A stretch of DNA of 47,254 bases from Octopus bimaculoides (taxonomy: Eukaryota): contig NC_068993.1 of NCBI RefSeq assembly GCF_001194135.2, positions 28,752,915 to 28,800,168 of the forward strand, written 5' to 3'. The translations under genes were made by a program, and so were the position numbers. Within the stretch, counting starts at the first letter, position 1. The number at the start of each line of letters is the position of its first letter. The notes under the pieces are model-generated. The model was not told the DNA's origin. It saw only the letters and a list, made by a program, of their open reading frames with translations, and did not search any database. Positions 34,356-45,097 of this stretch are shown one piece after another.

Positions 34356-35759
34356 ATCTAGACCCTTACCTCTCACTTTCATATTCCTTCCTTCCTTCCA
34401 CACACACACACGCAACCCTTATGTTGCATCTAACATCAGTATCACCCAGGAGTTAGGTGGAATTCCTTAGATTTGCTTGATGTATGGATTAAAACACTCT
34501 TAATAAAGAAGGCTAGTTTGGCATAAAAGACACTCTCGCCTACAAATGTGCTGTCACCACTCTTTCTCTGCCTTTTCTACCACTTTTGCTGTGGCCTTCG
34601 CTCCCCAGAACTGGTAGGACACCAGCCAAAGCATCCCAGATACTTCTTGATTCATTCATCTCTTCTTTCATTACCCTTAGTGTCTCAACCTGACTCTCAC
34701 TCAGGCCTTGCACTAACCACTACATCTAGTCCATTCTTCCAAGAACGTAGGTCCTCTACAATTTCCCCTCAGCATGTATTTCTTGTAGTGGTTTACTTGC
34801 AACAGTTTAAACAGGTTGTTGATAGCATCAATCTCAATAGTCTATCAAACTGTCTGTGAAGACTATGGCACTGCCCCTTTCTTGGCTTTGCAAAAATAAC
34901 AACAGTCACTACTGTCTTGAAAATAGATGTGGAGTGACAGCTGAATGTTTTATTGCTGTATACTTTGAACTTCACCAATCTACAAGGAGACGTCAAAGCG
35001 TTTGCTAGAAACTAGTATGTTAGACATCTGTATTGTTCACAATTGAGGGTGAAGAGTCAGTGCACGCTGAGAGCAAATTCAGCGGTGTAATATAATCCAG
35101 GGCAATAATCCAATTTTAAAGGTGATCTGAAAAATGATGTATTCCAAAGTATTGATCAGGAGGATGTGAAAGGCCACGTGAAAGTGCGATAATAGGTACG
35201 TTTGTTTTTGTTTTTTCACTGTACATTCCTATCTTCTTTTCCTTCTTCAATTCCTCATTTTCAGACTCTCCTATGAATGTCTGACTATGCCCCAAAGATC
35301 ATATTTCCTGTTTTTCCTTTCTTCGAGCACCAAACTAACAATATTCACTGTGAATGTACCTTGGACCTTTGTTTTTGTGTTTGAATTCATCGTTCGTCAT
35401 CAATTTGCATATCATTATTGTAGTTGTTATGCTTTGGGAATGTTTTGTCATGTTCTTCTAATTCAGTCAACTACATATAAACATACACCTGCTAAAGTAG
35501 AACTGATTGCTGGTGGCAGTGACAGTGATGGTGGTGATAGGTCACTGTTATGGCTACTTGACAACAATACCAGTAGCACCAAATACTGAGCTGCTGCATA
35601 CACTTGATTCAAACCAACTACCTATACACCATGGCTCAAAACAACACTTGTCTCATTCAACCTATTATTTATAAACCATGAGACAGTTCTCTGTCACTTT
35701 TTGTCTACTTTTTGTCATTTTTTTTTGTCTACTAAAGACTGTCACAATATACAAGCTTG

Positions 35760-36112
35760 TTAAGCCCAACCACATGGCTCTTGGTTCAGTCTCACTGTGT
35801 GGCACCACAGGTAAGTGTCTTCTACTATAGTATCGGGGATAACCAAAGCTTTCTGAGTGGATTTGGTAGATGGAAACTGAAGAAATCAGTCATATATATG
35901 TGTATGTGTTTGTGTCTATGTTTGCCCCCCCCATCCCCATTTGATAACTGGTACTGGTGAGTTTGCATCCTTGTAACTTAGTAGTTTGGCAAAAGTGACT
36001 GATAGAATAAGTACCAGGCTTAAAAAAAAGTACTGAGGTTGATTCATTCAACTAAAATTCTTGAAGGTGGTGCTCCAGCATGGCTGCAGTCTAATGACTG
36101 AAACAAAAGATA
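35760..36112 (+). mobile_element. Family A SINE (older, 5'-truncated)
   Basis: Body and tail align to 28555-28916. Confidence 0.8.
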
Positions 36113-36123
36113 TATATATACAT

Positions 36124-36295
36124 AGGCGCAGGAGTGGCTGTGTGGTAAGTAGCTTGCTTACCAACCACATGGTTCCGGGTTCATTCCCACTACGTGGCAC
36201 CTTGGGCAAGTGTCTTCTACTACAGCCTCAGGCCGACCAAAGCCTTGGGAGTGGATTTGGTAGACGGAAACTGAAAGAAGCCCGTCGTATATATG

Positions 36296-36326
<31 letters not shown>

Positions 36327-36364
36327 ATATGTTTGTGTATGTGTTTGTTCCCCCAACATCGCTT
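36124..36364 (+). mobile_element. Family A SINE (young; runs into gap)
   Basis: AGGCGCAGGAGTGGCTGTGTGGTAAGTAGCTTGCTTACCAACCACATGGTTCCGGGTTCATTCCCAC... Confidence 0.9.
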
Positions 36365-36559
36365 NNNNNNNNNNNNNNNNNNNNNNNNNNNNNNNNNNNN
36401 NNNNNNNNNNNNNNNNNNNNNNNNNNNNNNNNNNNNNNNNNNNNNNNNNNNNNNNNNNNNNNNNNNNNNNNNNNNNNNNNNNNNNNNNNNNNNNNNNNNN
36501 NNNNNNNNNNNNNNNNNCACACACACACACACACACACACACACGATAAATAAATAAGT

Positions 36560-36690
36560 ACATTTTTTTAAAAACTCTGGTACTTATTCCATCAATCCAT
36601 TGCTGAACTGCTAAGTTACAGGGATGTAAACACACCAACACCAGTTGTCAGGTAGTGATGGGAGACAGACATAAAGACACACACACACAT
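36560..36690 (-). mobile_element. Family A SINE 3'-half fragment
   Basis: GAACTGCTAAGTTACAGGGATGTAAACACACCAACACCAGTTGTC matches the reverse complement of the family A 3' module. Confidence 0.7.
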
Positions 36691-36919
36691 AAGTGAATTA
36701 AGTTAGAGGTTATAACAACCGTCTAAGGGATCCAATGAATCCACTGGTGTATTCTATATTTAATCATAAGCATTGGTATTAATGCTCATAAATGATAGGT
36801 AATGACAAAAATAAACTAAAGTTTATCAATATTCAAGGAAAGCAGAAATTTGAGATACAATTGATGAATAACAATTGATATACATCAATTATCAGTTATC
36901 AATTACAAAAAGACAGAAT

Positions 36920-37042
36920 TTCAACTTACGGCTGTTTCTGTTAGCGTGGTTCCCGGGTTTAACCACCACAATAATAATAATAGTTATCATTGTAAGTAAT
37001 TAATTATACCAGTTTGAATCACGGAACTTCATCAGAGTGGAA
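36920..37042 (-). ncRNA. Type I hammerhead-ribozyme-like motif (PLE/retrozyme type)
   Basis: Minus strand: TTCCACT-CTGATGA-A-GTTCCGTGATTC-(AT-rich loop)-GAACCACGCTAAC-A-GAAA-C-AGCC-G-TA-AGTTGAA. Stem I pairs 6 of 7, stem II is an interrupted helix of about 10 bp, and stem III is minimal. Confidence 0.55.
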
Positions 37043-37462
37043 AAAGTAAATAAAATAGAAGGAAAAAAGGTGAAAATGGTGATAATCAATTCATGCTACA
37101 TGTTGACCCACTGCGAAACATTTGACCGACTAGAATTTAGAAATAGAATTGGGGTAGTTATAATATTTAGTGGTCCATTTCTATATATGGGGTGAAGGCG
37201 TGGGTTAAATATATAACTATATGAGCAATTTGGTTAAGTCAAAAAATAAAAAGTAAGAAATATAATTAGAAATACCGGAGTTATAGAACGAAATAATAAC
37301 AGTTGACTATAATTTATTATTTATTGATTTCGTATGTATTTTACTTACTATTTTAAGTAGGCAGTATACCTGAAACAACTGTGGGTCCAGAGTAGGACTG
37401 GCCTGGACAGTTAGAGGATACTATTGGTCAGTTAATTTTCAAGAACAAAAGCTGGCCATTAA

Positions 37463-37636
37463 GAAACCGTTAATTGCTGGAGCAAAAAAAGGTAGACAAT
37501 GGATATATGCTGTACGGGGCCATGTGTCGCTTGTATCTGTGTGTTAGAAGTGTATAATGTGGAATGGGACAGTTATATTCACTGTTTACTTTTTGGTAAA
37601 TTTTCAAATCTTCACTAGGGTGTTAGGGTTAGGGTT

Positions 37637-37667
<31 letters not shown>

Positions 37668-37718
37668 ACGGAATTCCCTAAACATAACCCTAAAACCCTA
37701 ACTGTAACCGTAACTCTA

Positions 37719-37751
<33 letters not shown>

Positions 37752-37863
37752 AACTAACCCTAAAACCCTAACCCTAAACCCTAACCCTAACACCCTAGTG
37801 AAAATCGTGCAGGTGTTAATCTGAAAATTTACCTCCTTTTTTGCTCCAGCGATTAACAGGTTC
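37463..37863. mobile_element. TTAA-flanked MITE (Kolobok-like RR..YY ends) with an internal telomere-repeat palindrome
   Basis: TTAA at 37459-37462 and 37864-37867; TIRs of about 30 bp, GAAACCGTTAATTGCTGGAGCAAAAAAAGG / CCTTTTTTGCTCCAGCGATTAACAGGTTC; core (TTAGGG)n..(CCCTAA)n at 37611-37802. Confidence 0.75.
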
Positions 37864-38159
37864 TTAACCGAAGATAACCAATAGGATTCGTGCTCACACA
37901 CGTGATCTGAAAAGTTTGAAACTGCAGTATTGAATTATTCTTCATTCCTCTTACAGTCTCCGTAGAGGTAAAACAGAATTTTCCTATATTCATCACCTGC
38001 AAACATCTCAGCCTGTGAACATTCAGTAAAGCTCCACATAGCGCTGATAGCATACTGGCTGCTATTTCTAGCAATGATTGTACTTCATGTACATCCACTT
38101 AGTATATATTTAATTCTACCTTTAATGGTGCTTTATTCTTGCTGGATAATGATACAATT

Positions 38160-38699
38160 TTACTCTTTTACTTGTTTCAGTCATTTGACTGCGGCCATGC
38201 TGGAGCACTGCCTTTAGTCGAGCAAATCGACCCCAGGACTTATTCTTTGTAAGCCTAGTACTTATTTTGTCGGTCTCTTTTTGCCGAACCGCTAAGTTAC
38301 GGGGACGTAAACACACCAGCATCGGTTGTCAAGCGATGGTGGGGGGACAAACACAGACACACAAACACACATACACACACANNNNNNNNNNNNNNNNNNN
38401 NNNNNNNNNNNNNNNNNNNNNNNNNNNNNNNNNNNNNNNNNNNNNNNNNNNNNNNNNNNNNNNNNNNNNNNNNNNNNNNNNNNNNNNNNNNNNNNNNNNN
38501 NNNNNNNNNNNNNNNNNNNNNNNNNNNATATATATATATATATATACATATATACGACGGGCTTCTTTCAGTTTCCGTCTACCAAATCCACTCACAAGGC
38601 TTTGGTCGGCCCGAGGCTATAGTACAAGACACTTGCCCAAGGTGCCACACAGTGGGACTGAACCCGGAACCATGTGGTTGGTAAGCAAGCTACTTGCCA
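38160..38699 (-). mobile_element. Family A SINE (young, with a gap in its internal microsatellite)
   Basis: Clean reverse complement of the family A head, body and tail. Confidence 0.9.
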
Positions 38700-39762
38700 G
38701 GAGGCTGCACCAGGCTCCAATCTGATCTGGCAGTGTTTCTACAGCTGGATTCCCTTCCTAACACCAACCACTCCAAGAGTGTAGTGGGTGCTTTTTACAT
38801 GTCACTGGCACGGGAGCCAGTCATGCAGCACTGGCATTGACCATGTTCCGATGGTGCTTTTTGCATGCCACTGGAACGGGGAACCAGTTAGGCAGCACTG
38901 GCAATGACCCACGCATGAATGGTGCTTACTGCGTGTCACTGGCATGGGAGCCAGTCAGGCGATACTGGCATTGGTCACAACTACAATTTCCATTTTTGAT
39001 TTTAATTTGATTGGGATTCTGATTGTGATTTTGGATTTGATTTTAGATTTTACTTGACTCAATACGTCTCCTCAAGCACAGCGTGTCACCCGATGATTCA
39101 AAGGTACTTTTTAAATGGGCTGGTTATGCGACACTTGTATAGGCTATGGCTGTGATCTCACTTTACTTGCCGGCTCTTCTCAATCACAGCATATCTCCAG
39201 AGGTCTCGGTCTCTTGTCATTGCCTCTGTGAGGCCCAACGTTCAAAGGTCGTGCTTCACCACCTCATCCCATGTCTTCCTAGGTCTCCCTCTTCCACAGG
39301 TTCCTTCCACTGTTAGGGAGTGTCATTTCTTCATACAATTCTCATCATCCATACACAGCACATGACCATACCAGCACAGTCGTCTCTCTTGCACACCACA
39401 TCTGATGCTTCTTATGTCCAGCATTTCTCTCAGGGCGCTTACACTCTAATATGTGTGCACACTGACATTACACATCCAGCGGATCATACTAGCTTCATTT
39501 CTTTCAAGCCTCATGGATGTCCTCAACACTCATGGATGATGTTTCACTGCCGTGTAGCATGGCAGATTGCCCACATGCATCACACAGTCTACCTTTCACT
39601 CTGAGTGAGAGGCCCTCTGTCACCAGTAGAGGTAGGAGCTTTCTGAATTTTGCCCAGGCTATTCTTATTCTAGTGGCAATGCTCTCTGAGCATCCACCCC
39701 CACTGCAGACTTGGTCACCTAGGTAGCGGAAGCTCTCAACTACTTCTATTTTCTCCCCCTGG
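38700..39762 (-). mobile_element. RTE-clade LINE 3' fragment (RT C-terminus plus 3'UTR with a tandem repeat)
   Basis: GEKIEVVESFRYLGDQV..GGGCSE..RIRIAWAKFRKLLPLL..LSLRVKGRL..MLHGSET, followed by a 3'UTR with three units of about 66-68 bp. Confidence 0.88.
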
Positions 39763-40015
39763 NNNNNNNNNNNNNNNNNNNNNNNNNNNNNNNNNNNNNN
39801 NNNNNNNNNNNNNNNNNNNNNNNNNNNNNNNNNNNNNNNNNNNNNNNNNNNNNNNNNNNNNNNNNNNNNNNNNNNNNNNNNNNNNNNNNNNNNNNNNNNN
39901 NNNNNNNNNNNNNNNNNNNNNNNNNNNNNNNNNNNNNNNNNNNNNNNNNNNNNNNNNNNNNNNNNNNNNNNNNNNNNNNNNNNNNNNNNNNNNNNNNNNN
40001 NNNNNNNNNNNNNNN

Positions 40016-40434
40016 GAAAACTAAAAGAAGCAGCACATATACTAGGATACAACAACCTCCTAAGCAAACTGAGTGCAGATATGAATAGCATATGGGAACC
40101 GGTATTAAGGAAGAATAGGAAAATATTAGATTTATAAGCCCTAAAGTTCATTCCATAATGCCCATGGGCATATGACATAGTGGTTAAGAACATGGGCTAC
40201 TAACCCCAAGATTCCGAGTTCAATTCCAGGCAGTGACCTGAATAATAATAATGATGATAATAATAATAACATCGAAAAATACCTTAGGAATGAGAGAGAA
40301 CCCAGCTTTGAAATTTCCCCAAGACATGTGGTGGAGGGTATATCAGCCGAAATGTTGTGTTAACAAGATGAGGACAAATATCCATCAAATGTAAATAATG
40401 TACATAATTCCTCATCTCTTAAATATAGAACTGT
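40016..40434 (+). mobile_element. Probable Penelope-like element 3' end: ORF C-terminus, tRNA-like cassette, (AAT)n, hammerhead-like remnant
   Basis: KLKEAAHILGYNNLLSKLSADMNSIWEPVLRKNRKILDL* (stop 40135-40137) resembles PLE GIY-YIG C-termini. Box A TAGTGGTTA, anticodon arm GGG-CTACTAA-CCC, box B GAGTTCAATTCC (40216-40227), and CAGCCGAAA at 40344-40352. Confidence 0.5.
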
Positions 40435-40469
40435 AGTGTCTAAGGAAGTTGTTCTAAGTACAGTGTTAA

Positions 40470-41100
40470 CACACTGCCATATACATAATTTAAATTTGGC
40501 TCCAATTGATGCAGTAAGTTCCAATGTTTAAACTAAGTTGCTTTTCTTTTTTGAACTTAAGAAATTATCAATAATTTTTTTTATGATAGTACTAAAAGAA
40601 TAATGCAGTCAGATAAAACCTTTCCCACTAATTCTAAAGAAACTTAGTGATAGTGAGTGGATATTAAGGAAGTCAATTGGAGAGGCTTCCAGAAGTAGTT
40701 GCTCCACAAAAGATAGTGGATGATGAGATAGAAAACTGTACTCTTAAGTAGCTTGTTAAAGCAAAGGATATACCCATTATTTATAAATTCTTAGTTGCTC
40801 TTGTATTCTGGATTAAAGTGCTAGATAAAACTTTCAGTTTGTCTACACATTTATACAAAAGTAGTCTAGGGTGGAAGATTTGATGCTTCAAAGAAATTCA
40901 CAGTTGAATTCCTTTGTCTTTTATACATACCACAGGTTTAAGTGTTTTAAATATGTGGCTTCCAAATTTTGTGCTGTAGATCCAAAGCAGATAATGTAAA
41001 CAAAGAGTTTTGTTCATTTTATGAAATAATGAGCACTAGCATATTGAGAAATTGCATGTCGGAAATGAGAAATTGACTGTCAGAAATGTACTTAAATTCT
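40470..41100 (+). pseudogene. Decayed hAT transposase fragment
   Basis: HCHIHNLNL (CxxH motif), FF..STKR, LKKLSDSEW (LS.TRW-like), LVFWIKVLDKTFSLS, RFKCFKYVASKF. Many stops and frameshifts. Confidence 0.6.
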
Positions 41101-41680
41101 TGATCACCAGTTTTGTGTTCTTGTTTATCCTGATCTGCTCACATTGTATCATATTTTTCTGACCTTACCAATAACTAGTGCAGTTGTACAATGATCTTTA
41201 ATCAGCTAACACAAGTGAAGTCCAACCTTTGTTCTACAGTGAGCATAGGTAAACAGTCTGGTTAGCTTTGCTCTTTATTAGAAGAGACATAAATAGTGAG
41301 ATGAGTTGAAAATAGTGTGTTTAAGTTACTTCATACGTTTTTCACGTTGCTTCATTTTGTTTTTATTTTACATAATAATACAGAAGATTCTATTATGATT
41401 TCAAATTTATAAGCTAACTATAAAACATTTTTATTGTGTTTTAATTTAAAAAAAGAAGTAACAATTACACACTTTCTTTAACAACAGAACCTTCCTTGTG
41501 TTTTGACTTCACACACACACACACGCACACACACTGTATAATGAGTTTAAAATTATTTGGTATGTGTCATGGCACCTAACTTTGAAACCTGGCTGCTCCA
41601 TTAGTTTATGCATGTATACACATGCATACATAAATACATATGTACATATATACATATACGTACTCATAGCCACATGTCAC

Positions 41681-43870
41681 CATCAATATCATCATCATTT
41701 AACATCAGTCTTCCTTGCTGGTATGGGTTGGATGGTTTGATGGGATCCAATCAGTCCAAAGATTACATCTTGCTTCAGTTGTTATGTATGGTTTCTACAG
41801 CTGATTACCATTCCTAATATCAACCTCGTTACAGTGTGTAGTGGGTGCTTTTTTCAGGCTACCAGCACTAGTTAGGTTACCTTGAAACTTGCAAGACTAT
41901 GAACCTTAAATGGGGAGAGGAGAACTTTATTCTAAGTGAGTAGGGAGTAGAGAGAAGTAAAGTATGAGAAAAAGGGTCAGAGCAAAGCAAGTTGCTTACT
42001 GAAAGGGAGCTACATGACTATTCACATTTTAGATGAGAGGGTTGGGAGGGTGGAGCTAGAAATTGATGATGAGGTCTCAGAGTGGTCCTTCAAGGTAAAA
42101 GATGAGTTGGAATATGTAGGGCAGGGGTGCCAGAAGTGAATGGGAGGAGTAAGGGATGTCTGGTACAAGGCTGCAGAATAGAGGTGATACAGTAAAGGAG
42201 GGGATGAAAGAAAGCTGACATACTGTTATGTAGGTTGCAGGAGTCCTGTCTTTCCTGAAGGTAGCAGGGTCCTGTCTTTCCTACTTACTAAAACCTTCAT
42301 CTTTGCTGGGTTTACCTTAAGACCTCTCAATTTTAGATTAAATTTCTATGCTTGGAATTTCCCCTCTTATTCCCCTATAGATTCAGCTATGAGAGCTAAG
42401 TCATCATCATGTAGGAGTTCTCATGGACCATTGGTCTTAACTTCTCTGTGATAACCTGTAGGACTATGATGAATTGAGGAGGGCTTAGGGCTGAACCATC
42501 ATGAACTCCTACCTTCACGCAACATCCATTTTATATACTGCATTTTTGTACATAGCTTGTTCAGCTCTAATAAGCTATTCATCTACACCTGATTTTCTCA
42601 GTGTAGATGACTACCATTTTGCTGGGTGCAGTACTCTGTCAAAAGCTTTCTCCAAATCAATGAAGGCCAGTTATAGCAGTTTATTTTTAGCCAGTATATC
42701 TCATGTGCTTGCCTCATTAGGAAGATTGCATCTGTGGTGCTTCTTCTGGGGACAAAACCAAACTGCATCTCATCTAAATCTACTCTATCATAGATCAATT
42801 AGGCTATAGTTCTCTCCATGACTTTTCTAACCTGGTCTAGTAGTTTGATTCCTCTGTAGTTGCTTCTTTCTATGGCATCAACTTTGCCCTTATAACAGTT
42901 TATGATGATATTGCTGCTACACCAATCATTGGGTATGACACCTTTCTGTATGACTTGATTAACTATCCAAGTAGTAATCTTGTATCCTACATTACTAGAT
43001 ATTTTAAGCATCTCTAAAATTATTCCTTGTCAATGGTGAGCGTGCTTTTATCATTCTGAATGTACTTCTCACTGATAACATCTCAGTTCTCTCTCACACT
43101 GTCTTATAACACTGAACATTTCACACCTCTGATATTCACGCTGTAAGAGACATGCAGATCTCTTCCTCACCTTTAGCCAAGTGCACCTGTTGCCTAGATA
43201 GCCTTCAAACCATTAGGTAATGCTTCCTACTTCCACCTTACTTCCAGCTTTAACTATCCTATCAATCTTATTCTACCACCACACTACTTTTGGCTTGATT
43301 GGGACTTTGATCCAGCCACATGTCTGATTTGTTGCCCTAAGTAGGTTATTTCGTAGAGGTTCCCTGTTGTCATCAATGCTACAAGTATCTAATTCTTCCT
43401 CCCTACAGTCATGCATCTGTCATAATTTTTATAAATCTATTTCTGATTGCTGGATCTTTTAGTTTCTATATCTTCTTTATAGTGTCTTTCACTTCTATGT
43501 CTGCCTAGCTTTGACTCTGAAGTCACTAGCTACTAACTTATGTTGCTTAGTGTGTTCTTTGTCAAGAAGGGTTCTGGTATTCACAATAACCCATCTGTCC
43601 CATTTCCTGATGAGAATGTAATCTATCTGACTTGTGTGTTTTCTAGATTGGTGGGTGATGAGGTGTCTGGCTGGTTTCTTAAAGTCTCTGTTGCAAATTG
43701 TTACATCAGTTGCATCATTGAACTCCTGAAGCCTTATACCCCACTCAGTCCTCAAACTGTAGCCATACTCCATGTATGTCCTGGAAGTCATTGACATGTT
43801 GGCTTTCTCAGTTGAAGTTACCAGCTATGATAATGGGGATTGCTGTCAGACCTTGTTGAGGTAGTCTGCA
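41681..43870 (-). mobile_element. RTE-clade LINE, internally deleted, with intact 3' tail
   Basis: APE remnant (SQIDYILIRK..QHKLVASDF); RT YKGKVDAIERSNYRGIKLL, DEMQFGFVP..STTDAIFLMRQ, and LLHDDDLAL (YADD variant, about 42385-42410). The tail ends ...GTTAAATGATGATGAT on the minus strand. Confidence 0.85.
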
Positions 43871-44384
43871 GGAGTGTTTCATAGAAGTCATACTTCTATT
43901 CTTCTGGCATATGATTATTCTCAACTTAATTATGCTATCACACACTCAGACTACTTCACTGACTTCATCCGTCCCTCAGCTAACAGTATGCATGCCGATG
44001 CTACCCCTGCTGTTATATGTGAATATAAGTATTTATGTATGTATATATATATATGTATGTGTGTGTGTGTGTATTGAAATATATGTCATATGTATTTGTG
44101 ATGCCTATGTCTATGTTTTATTTTTATTTTTACTTTTTAGTCTGCATCTCATTTTCTCCCATGCTCAAACTTTAGTTAAAGTGCAAATTTAGAATTTAAT
44201 TATGACAACTATCCAATATTAATTTTTAATTAAACATACCAGAATGAGTTGTAATTAACACTGTATAAGAAATCAATTTTTGCTTTTTAAATTAGCTTGT
44301 TAATTGCCATGTTTAAACTCAGTATTTGAGTCACTTTTGTAACTTTCTGCTGATTTAAAAAAGAAATAAATACATACGTATGTG

Positions 44385-44774
44385 TGTGACTGTGAAGTTA
44401 AGTAACATGCTTCCCAACCATGTATTTTCATATGCAGTTCCACTGTGTGTCACCTTGAGCAAGTGTCTTCTATCATATCCCTGAGGTAACAAAAGCCTTG
44501 TGAGTGGATTTGGTTGACAGAAACTGAAGAAAGCTCATCATGTGTGTGTGTGTGTGTGGTTTGTCCCCTTGTCTTGACAACACATGATGGTTCTAAATGA
44601 GTTCCACCATGATACAAATGATATCATTTTTTTCCAGTTTTTCTTGAAAATCATGTATGACCATGGGGAAACGTGAGGATTGGTAACAAGAAGGGCATCC
44701 ATCCATAGAAAATCTGCCTCAGCAAATTCTGTCTGACCCATGCAAGCATGGAAAAGTGGATATTAAAATGATGA
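44385..44774 (+). mobile_element. SINE with family A head and RTE-type 3' tail (family A2)
   Basis: The head and body align to family A up to the (TG)n. A different body follows, ending GAAGGGCATCC..GACCCATGCAAGCATGGAAAAGTGGATATTAAAATGATGA. Confidence 0.75.
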
Positions 44775-44871
44775 ACCGCTAAGTTACAGGGATGCAAACA
44801 CACCAGCACCACTTGTCAAGTGGTGGTGGGAGACAAACATACACACAAAGACACACATAGACACACACATG

Positions 44872-44945
<74 letters not shown>

Positions 44946-45097
44946 CACGATGGGCTTCTTTCAGTTTCCATCTACCAGATCCACTCACGAAGCTTTGGTC
45001 GACTTGAGGCTATAGTGGAAGACACTTGCTCAAGGTGCTATGCAGTGCCAGAACCATGTTATTGGGAAGCAAGCTTCTTACCACATATCCATGCCTG
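44775..45097 (-). mobile_element. Family A SINE with an internal (CA)n(TA)n tract
   Basis: Reverse-complement match to family A; 3'-truncated. Confidence 0.85.

Noticed and set aside
34560-34780. Possible additional RTE RT remnant on the minus strand (GEIVEDLRSWKNGL)
   Set aside because: A single short motif with no supporting neighbours; insufficient to call.
37611-37802. Ancestral telomere-telomere chromosome fusion site
   Set aside because: The repeats are short and enclosed by nested inverted repeats, TIRs and a TTAA duplication, which a MITE explains better. Kept only as an alternative in the finding.
38787-38977. CRISPR-like repeat-spacer array
   Set aside because: The units are full-length degenerate tandem copies without unique spacers, inside a eukaryotic LINE 3'UTR, with no cas genes.
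40166-40238. Functional tRNA gene with anticodon ACT
   Set aside because: The acceptor stem is not formed and the sequence continues into repeat body. It is a tRNA-derived head, as are the family A and B SINE heads.
41160-41240. Minus-strand 65-bp exon candidate (TGTAG|...ATTG|GTAAGG)
   Set aside because: Stops in all three frames, and it lies antisense beside a decayed hAT remnant.
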